Positions 63,065-64,000 of a DNA stretch of 64,000 nucleotides are shown here, piece by piece. The notes beneath the pieces are model-generated. The model had not been told where the DNA came from. It was given only the letters and a program-made list of their open reading frames with translations, and made no database searches. Position 1 is the stretch's first letter, and every line of letters starts with the position of its first letter. The stretch spans positions 14,882,001 through 14,946,000 of the forward strand of contig CM052817.1 of assembly GCA_028534125.1 (NCBI GenBank). Direction: 5' to 3'. Made by a program: the position numbers and the translations under genes. The DNA is from Lama glama. Its lineage: Eukaryota.

Positions 63065-63369
63065 TATTATTTATTTATATTGAAGTATAGTTGATTTACG
63101 ATGTTGTGTTAGTTTTTGGTGTACAGCATAGTGATTCAGTTTTATATATATATGTAGGTTATTACAAGATATTGAATGTAGTTCCCTGTGCTATACAGTA
63201 GGATCCTGTTGTTTACCTATTTTATATATAGTAGTTTGTATCTGCTAGCCCCAAACTCCTAATTTATCCCTCCCCACCCTTTCCCCTTTGGTAACCATAA
63301 GTTTGTTTTCTATGTCTGTGAGTCTCTTTCTGTTTTGTAAATAAGTTCATTTGTATCACTTTTTTTGGA
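63065..63369 (-). mobile_element. Lineage-specific L1 3' fragment
   Basis: TSD tgacatttacttctt (63050-63064) / tgatatttacttctt (63370-63384). Confidence 0.93.
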
Positions 63370-63514
63370 TGATATTTACTTCTTAAAGTTGTCAAAACTT
63401 GTTTTAAGCACTTTAGATGGAGTGTTTTCCAAAATGTGTAAGTTGTTAGGTTTTGTAAATTGAGTAGCATGGGCGTCAGTTGACTCTTCCTTGATCAGTC
63501 AGTCCTTATTACTA

Positions 63515-63622
63515 AGAGCAGCATGGTCCAGCGGAAGGACTTGGACATCAACATTAGACAGATCTAGAGATGCATCTTGATTCTACTACTTAATAAGAGT
63601 GTGATCTTAGGTAAGTCACTCA
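63515..63622 (+). mobile_element. MIR 5' part, interrupted by DNA transposon
   Basis: 'gagcagcatggtccagcggaaggacttggac..gtgtgatcttaggtaagtcact'. Confidence 0.78.
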
Positions 63623-64000
63623 TCAGTGATGTGGTGAAATCAGCTTATAGTGACTCACCAGTGCCTGTTAAGTTTTCAGTAATTTTATGAGCTGATTCTT
63701 ATACACAACCAGCACTAAAAATTCAACTATATAAACTTGTAAGTAAATAATTTGGATTAGAAACAAAGGTAATAAATGCTCAAAATCACTATTCCCTAAT
63801 TATTTTACTACTTTTTTTTTATTAGTTATGCCCTTAAGTTTATTTAGATTTCTGGTATCTGTATAGAAGAAATACTGTATGATGTGTTCATCTTTTCACG
63901 ACTCTGCCTTCAGTGCTATCCCATTGGTTCCCTGAAACTGGTCATGTGGAGTGTTTACACCAAAGAAATTGGCAAGTGCTTATAATTCAGTATTTGATTT
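63623..64000 (+). mobile_element. hAT DNA transposon relic, MER63C/D-like (runs off window)
   Basis: Starts 'cagtgatgtg'; 'aaacaaaggtaataaatgctcaaaa', 'ggagtgtttacaccaaagaaattggcaa'. Confidence 0.78.

Noticed and set aside
1..64000. CRISPR array, operon, prophage, NUMT, miRNA/snRNA genes
   Set aside because: No regularly spaced repeats, no gene-dense region, and no match to RNA or mitochondrial sequences I can recall; a database search could still reveal small ncRNAs

Overview
Mammalian nuclear DNA, most likely a camelid (camel/alpaca lineage). The basis is five copies of a tRNA-Ala-derived SINE matching the camelid Vic-1 type, three carrying an 'AAATAAA..CCTAATTACCTCCCC'-type tail. The window is AT-rich, repeat-dense and looks intronic or intergenic. 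It holds young and old LINE-1 fragments, HAL1, L2, MIR, solo ERV1/ERVL/MaLR LTRs, hAT DNA transposon relics and microsatellites. No host protein-coding gene, rRNA, true tRNA gene, miRNA, CRISPR array or prokaryotic system could be recognised. The only ORFs with recognisable homology are decayed L1 ORF2 pieces; HAL1 ORF1 is recognisable by manual translation. I found no convincing new biological system. The most unusual observations are retrotransposition mechanics: an L1 whose 5'UTR is fused directly to the RT core, two 5'-inverted L1s, and a tailless internal ORF2 fragment with a perfect target-site duplication. There are also a few dense regulatory motif clusters and several unexplained exon-like segments in unique sequence. 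Repeat family names come from remembered consensus sequences, not a search, and boundaries of old repeats are approximate.
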